Notes under the pieces: generated by a model
Databases searched by the model: none
What the model saw: the letters and a program-made list of their open reading frames with translations, nothing else
What the model was told of the DNA's origin: nothing
Source: Chloroflexota bacterium
GTDB taxonomy: Bacteria; Chloroflexota; Dehalococcoidia; Lucifugimonadales; UBA3495
Direction: 5' to 3'
DNA: 64,000 nt
Assembly: GCA_009840135.1 (NCBI GenBank)
Contig: VXOH01000159.1
Span: 2,095 to 66,094, forward strand
Shown here: one piece after another, positions 60,648 to 64,000 of the stretch
How positions within the stretch are numbered: position 1 is the stretch's first letter
How the letters are laid out: each line of letters begins with the position of its first letter
Translations under genes and position numbers: made by a program

Positions 60648-61769
60648 TTGCGCATCCGGCGGTTGGAAATATCCAGTTTCCCCGTACCCTTCCGGGTGGT
60701 CTTCAAACACGCCTCCGCCAGCCGGGCCCAGGCGGAAAACATCATCGTCGCCGTCTGTTCCGATGATGGCGAGATCGGATACGGCGAGGGCTGCCCCCGT
60801 CACTACGTCACCGGGGAGACGGTGGAGAGCGCTGCCTCCTTCCTTCGCCTGTACTCCGACTCCCTTGTTGGCAGCGTCACCGACGTTAGGAGTTTGCGGG
60901 CATGGACCGATTCCCACCGGGAGATAATTGACCGTAATCCGGCGGCCTTCTGCGCCGTCGAAATTGCGCTTCTTGACCTGCTGGGCAAAGCCAGCGGGGT
61001 TTCCGTCGAGGAATTGCTGGGCCTCCCCCCTCTTGCCGGCAGGTTCCCCTATACCGCCGTGTTGGGCGACTCCCCCTATCCCGTTTATTGGTGGCAGTTC
61101 CGCCGCTACCGGAAACGGGGGTTCTGCGACTTCAAGGTCAAAGTATCCGACGACCTGGAGCGCGACCGCCGCAAGCTCCGCCTGTTCAGCAACCGGAAGG
61201 ACGCCAGGCTGCGGGTGCGCCTGGACGCCAACAACCTGTGGGTCTCGGCCGAAGAATGCGTCCGCCACGTCGCGTCGCTTCCATACCCCGTGTACGCCAT
61301 AGAGGAACCGTTGCAGGAAGGCGACCTGGAGGGGTTCCGGCGGGTGGGAGAGGAATGCGGGGCAAGAATCATCCTGGACGAGAGCCTGCTCCGGGTCGAG
61401 CAACTGGATACGCTGGAAGACCCGGAACTCTGGATACTGAACTTGCGAGTCTCGAAGATGGGCGGCATCATTCGTACCCTGGACGTGGCCCACCGCGCCG
61501 CCGACCGGGGACTGGGCGTTATAGTGGGAGCGCAGGTTGGCGAGACCAGCATCCTCACCCGCGCCGACCTGACCGTGATGCACGCCGCCGGCGCCAATCT
61601 CGTGGCCTCCGAGGGCGCCTTCGGCACTCACCTGCTGAAGCGCGATTTGACCACGGAAAGCCTGATGTTTGGAGACGGCGGGGCCATAGACATTGGTCGA
61701 ACCGGCATTGGCGGCAACCCCGGTCTTGGGCTTAAAATACGGAACGACGAACTGGTATCCCTCAAATGA
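60648..61769 (+). CDS. enolase-superfamily enzyme, MLE subgroup (dipeptide epimerase/N-acylamino-acid racemase/OSBS-like)
   Basis: KxK (DFKVKV), metal ligands in RLDANN, AIEEP and ILDES, second catalytic Lys in LRVSKMGG. Confidence 0.8.
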   Translation: MRIRRLEISSFPVPFRVVFKHASASRAQAENIIVAVCSDDGEIGYGEGCPRHYVTGETVESAASFLRLYSDSLVGSVTDVRSLRAWTDSHREIIDRNPAAFCAVEIALLDLLGKASGVSVEELLGLPPLAGRFPYTAVLGDSPYPVYWWQFRRYRKRGFCDFKVKVSDDLERDRRKLRLFSNRKDARLRVRLDANNLWVSAEECVRHVASLPYPVYAIEEPLQEGDLEGFRRVGEECGARIILDESLLRVEQLDTLEDPELWILNLRVSKMGGIIRTLDVAHRAADRGLGVIVGAQVGETSILTRADLTVMHAAGANLVASEGAFGTHLLKRDLTTESLMFGDGGAIDIGRTGIGGNPGLGLKIRNDELVSLK

Positions 61770-61779
61770 AAGTCAAAAC

Positions 61780-61810
61780 AAGTCCCCTCTCCCAGAGGGA
61801 GAGGGGACTT
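61780..61810. terminator. perfect 13-bp-stem hairpin (a solo arm of the double-hairpin repeat), probable terminator
   Basis: AAGTCCCCTCTCC-CAGAG-GGAGAGGGGACTT, 10 nt after the stop codon. Confidence 0.5.
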
Positions 61811-61870
61811 GTCAGATTTTCCTCAAAAAATCTCTTACACGGAAAAATCCTGAAATAAGGAGCATCAGTT

Positions 61871-62968
61871 ATGGCAGACAAAATTCGCCTCGGTTTCGTG
61901 GGGGCCAACGTAAACTCCACCTGGGCCGGGCAGTCCCACTTTCCGGCCCTGCTGGCCAGCCCCGATGTGGAATTCACCGCCGTTTGCACCACCCGCCCCG
62001 AAAGCGCCGAGGAGGCCCGCCAGGCCTTTGGCGCGAAGCTGGCCTTTCACGATTTCCGCGAAATGGCCGCCTCTCCCGACATTGACGCGGTGGCCGTGGT
62101 GGTGCGCGTTCCCGCCCACTACGAACCTACCAAGGCCGCCATCGAAGCCGGCAAGCACGTCTATACCGAGTGGCCCCTGGGCCGCAATACTGCCGAAGCC
62201 GTGGAACTGGCGGACCTGGCGCGGGAAAAGGGAGTCCATACCGCCGTCGGGCTTCAGTCCAGGGTCAGCCCCGCCCTGATGTATATCAAGGAACTCATCG
62301 AGAGCGACTACGTGGGCGAAGTCCTGTCCTGCAGCCTCACCACCATGCGCGACGGTACCCTGGCCCGTCCTTCCAGCCGCACCTGGCAGCGGGACGCCAG
62401 CTTGGGCGCCAACACCCTTACCATTGCCAACGGCCACGTCATTGACGCCCTGCGCTTTGTGGCCGGGGATTTTGCACGGGTGGCCTGCATGGTCAGCACC
62501 CAGGCCCCCCAATGGTACGAGACCGACACTGAGGAGTACGTGGAGGTTACCTCTCCCGACAACGTGCGGGTCAGCGGTCAACTGGAAAGCGGCGCGGCTG
62601 CCTCGGTACACGTGGGAGCGGCGCCCTGGGCCGGCAGCGGCTACCGCATGGAAATTTACGGACGGGAAGGCACCCTGGTAGCCACCGGCAGCGTTTCATC
62701 CCAGCGGGGCGAAATGCTGCGGGTCCAGGGAGCCCAGCGAAGCCACAACCTGCGGGACCTGGAAATACCCGACCGCTTCGTCCACGTTCCCGCCGACTTC
62801 CCCCGGGGAGATCCCTTCAACGTCGGGCAGATGTATTCCTTGTTTGCCGATGCTATCCGTACCGGCGAGAACCGCCTGCCCACCTTCGACACGGCGGTGG
62901 ACCTGCACCGTTTCATAGATACCATCCAGGAAGCCTCGGACACGGGCCGCCTGTTGCCGGTAGGATAG
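61871..62968 (+). CDS. Gfo/Idh/MocA-family oxidoreductase
   Basis: IRLGFVGAN... Rossmann start, EWPLG (EKP-type motif), family-typical length. Confidence 0.8.
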   Translation: MADKIRLGFVGANVNSTWAGQSHFPALLASPDVEFTAVCTTRPESAEEARQAFGAKLAFHDFREMAASPDIDAVAVVVRVPAHYEPTKAAIEAGKHVYTEWPLGRNTAEAVELADLAREKGVHTAVGLQSRVSPALMYIKELIESDYVGEVLSCSLTTMRDGTLARPSSRTWQRDASLGANTLTIANGHVIDALRFVAGDFARVACMVSTQAPQWYETDTEEYVEVTSPDNVRVSGQLESGAAASVHVGAAPWAGSGYRMEIYGREGTLVATGSVSSQRGEMLRVQGAQRSHNLRDLEIPDRFVHVPADFPRGDPFNVGQMYSLFADAIRTGENRLPTFDTAVDLHRFIDTIQEASDTGRLLPVG

Positions 62969-62997
62969 CCGACAAACCAACTCCGCAGGGCAACCCC

Positions 62998-63024
62998 GTA
63001 GGGGCGCTTCGCGAAGCGCCCTGC
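62998..63024. repeat. REP palindrome (imperfect)
   Basis: GTAGGGGCGCTTCGCGAAGCGCCCTGC. Confidence 0.7.
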
Positions 63025-63120
63025 CCTGCCACCAAACCACCAGGAAGACATTGGCCGCCCCGGCCGGATACCTCCAGCAAAGGCCGGGCGTCTTGGTGGG
63101 ACCGGGGACCAGCCAAACCA

Positions 63121-63152
63121 GCAAGGGGGCGCACAGCCGTGCGCCCCCTTGC
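63121..63152. repeat. REP-related palindrome
   Basis: GCAAGGGGGCGCAC-AGCC-GTGCGCCCCCTTGC. Confidence 0.75.
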
Positions 63153-63182
63153 TCTTCTGTGATAGTCGGATGCGCTGGAACC

Positions 63183-63944
63183 TCAGGCCGTCGCCTTCGC
63201 CGGTTCGTGGGTCTTCAGAAAGCGCCGCGCATGGGCAACGGTCTCGTCTATGTGTTCCTGCGTGTCCTTCCAGGGAAACATCGTTACCTCGGAATTGGGG
63301 GCCAGGCTGGCTACCTCCATGGCCACCTCGTAGGGGTGGGCCGGCACATTGTCCGGAGCAATCAGAATGGGCGTCTGCAGGTTTCGCACGAAATCCCGGT
63401 CCACGGTGAAAACGAAGTCAGCCCGGTTGGTGTACATGCTGGTCAGGAAGTCGTGCACCATCTCCATGGTCACGTCCGGCCGCTTCTCGCAAAGGGGCGG
63501 CCCCCAGCCGGTAATGTTGTTCTGGTAGAACAGGTTCGGCATCTCCGGCCTGAAACCGCTGGGCTGCATCATCGCCGCCGCCACTACGCGCTCCGGCGCC
63601 CGCCGCAGCAGGTTGTGGATCATGGGCCCGGCAATACAAAAGCCTATTACCAGAAACCTGTCAATTCCCAGGTGGTCCATCAGCCCCAGCTGGTCGTCCG
63701 AGTGCATGTCCCACGGCTCTGCGATCTCCAGGGGGCCGCTAGACTGGCCTCCGTTGGCGTTCCGCAGGTCGGCGGCAATGCACCGGAAATCGTCCCTGTA
63801 AGTTTCCAGGGGGTTGAACGGGTGGGAAGTCCTGAGGCCCTCAATGGTGGAATTCAGGCCACCGCCCGGGATAATCAGCAGGGGAAATCCCGAACCAACC
63901 TCTTCGTAATAGATGCGTGCTTCGCCTCTCTCGTAAAACGGCAT
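63183..63944 (-). CDS. alpha/beta-fold hydrolase family protein
   Basis: YYEEVGSGFPLLIIPGGG N-terminus and FLVIGFCIAGP elbow region, with Cys where the usual Ser sits. Confidence 0.5.
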   Translation of the reverse strand: MPFYERGEARIYYEEVGSGFPLLIIPGGGLNSTIEGLRTSHPFNPLETYRDDFRCIAADLRNANGGQSSGPLEIAEPWDMHSDDQLGLMDHLGIDRFLVIGFCIAGPMIHNLLRRAPERVVAAAMMQPSGFRPEMPNLFYQNNITGWGPPLCEKRPDVTMEMVHDFLTSMYTNRADFVFTVDRDFVRNLQTPILIAPDNVPAHPYEVAMEVASLAPNSEVTMFPWKDTQEHIDETVAHARRFLKTHEPAKATA

Positions 63945-64000
63945 GTCAAATCTCCTCTCGCAAAAATGGAAGCCGGACTATTGCCCGTGTTGGTGTCGAA

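Overview
High-GC bacterial chromosomal window. The gene content (many LLM flavin oxidoreductases, CaiB-type CoA-transferase, enolase-superfamily and amidohydrolase genes, Pro/Ala-rich linkers) suggests Chloroflexota; this is inference only. Housekeeping genes are clear: dapA, plsC, cmk, holB, lysA, acs, mutS2, tmk, pdxS/pdxT and tRNA-Pro(GGG). Between them lie short, more AT-rich accessory islets and a very dense set of interspersed palindromic repeats. Strongest observations: (1) a 3.5-kb IS6-like cargo transposon with perfect 22-bp inverted repeats and an 8-bp target duplication. It splits a restriction-endonuclease-like gene, and it carries a methyltransferase-HNH fusion broken at a G8/C8 homopolymer. 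(2) A GIY-YIG nuclease gene enclosed by nested perfect 27-bp inverted repeats, whose gene-less hairpin derivatives recur in the window. This may be a nuclease/MITE partnership analogous to RAYT/REP. (3) A RAYT (HUH/Y1) transposase with at least 13 REP palindromes, one inside its own ORF. (4) A Vms1/VLRF1-like peptidyl-tRNA hydrolase immediately upstream of MutS2, a candidate ribosome-rescue pair. (5) A SelW/Rdx-like selenoprotein gene with an in-frame UGA. (6) Atypical toxin-antitoxin-like pairs (PepSY-like+PIN, degenerate MNT+HEPN, HicAB at the tRNA). (7) Retropepsin-like paralogs, one wedged inside the pdxS-pdxT operon. (8) A GH3-like/fatty-acid-hydroxylase/enolase-superfamily cluster. No CRISPR array, rRNA or prophage was seen. 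All function calls rest on motif recognition by eye, not on database searches.
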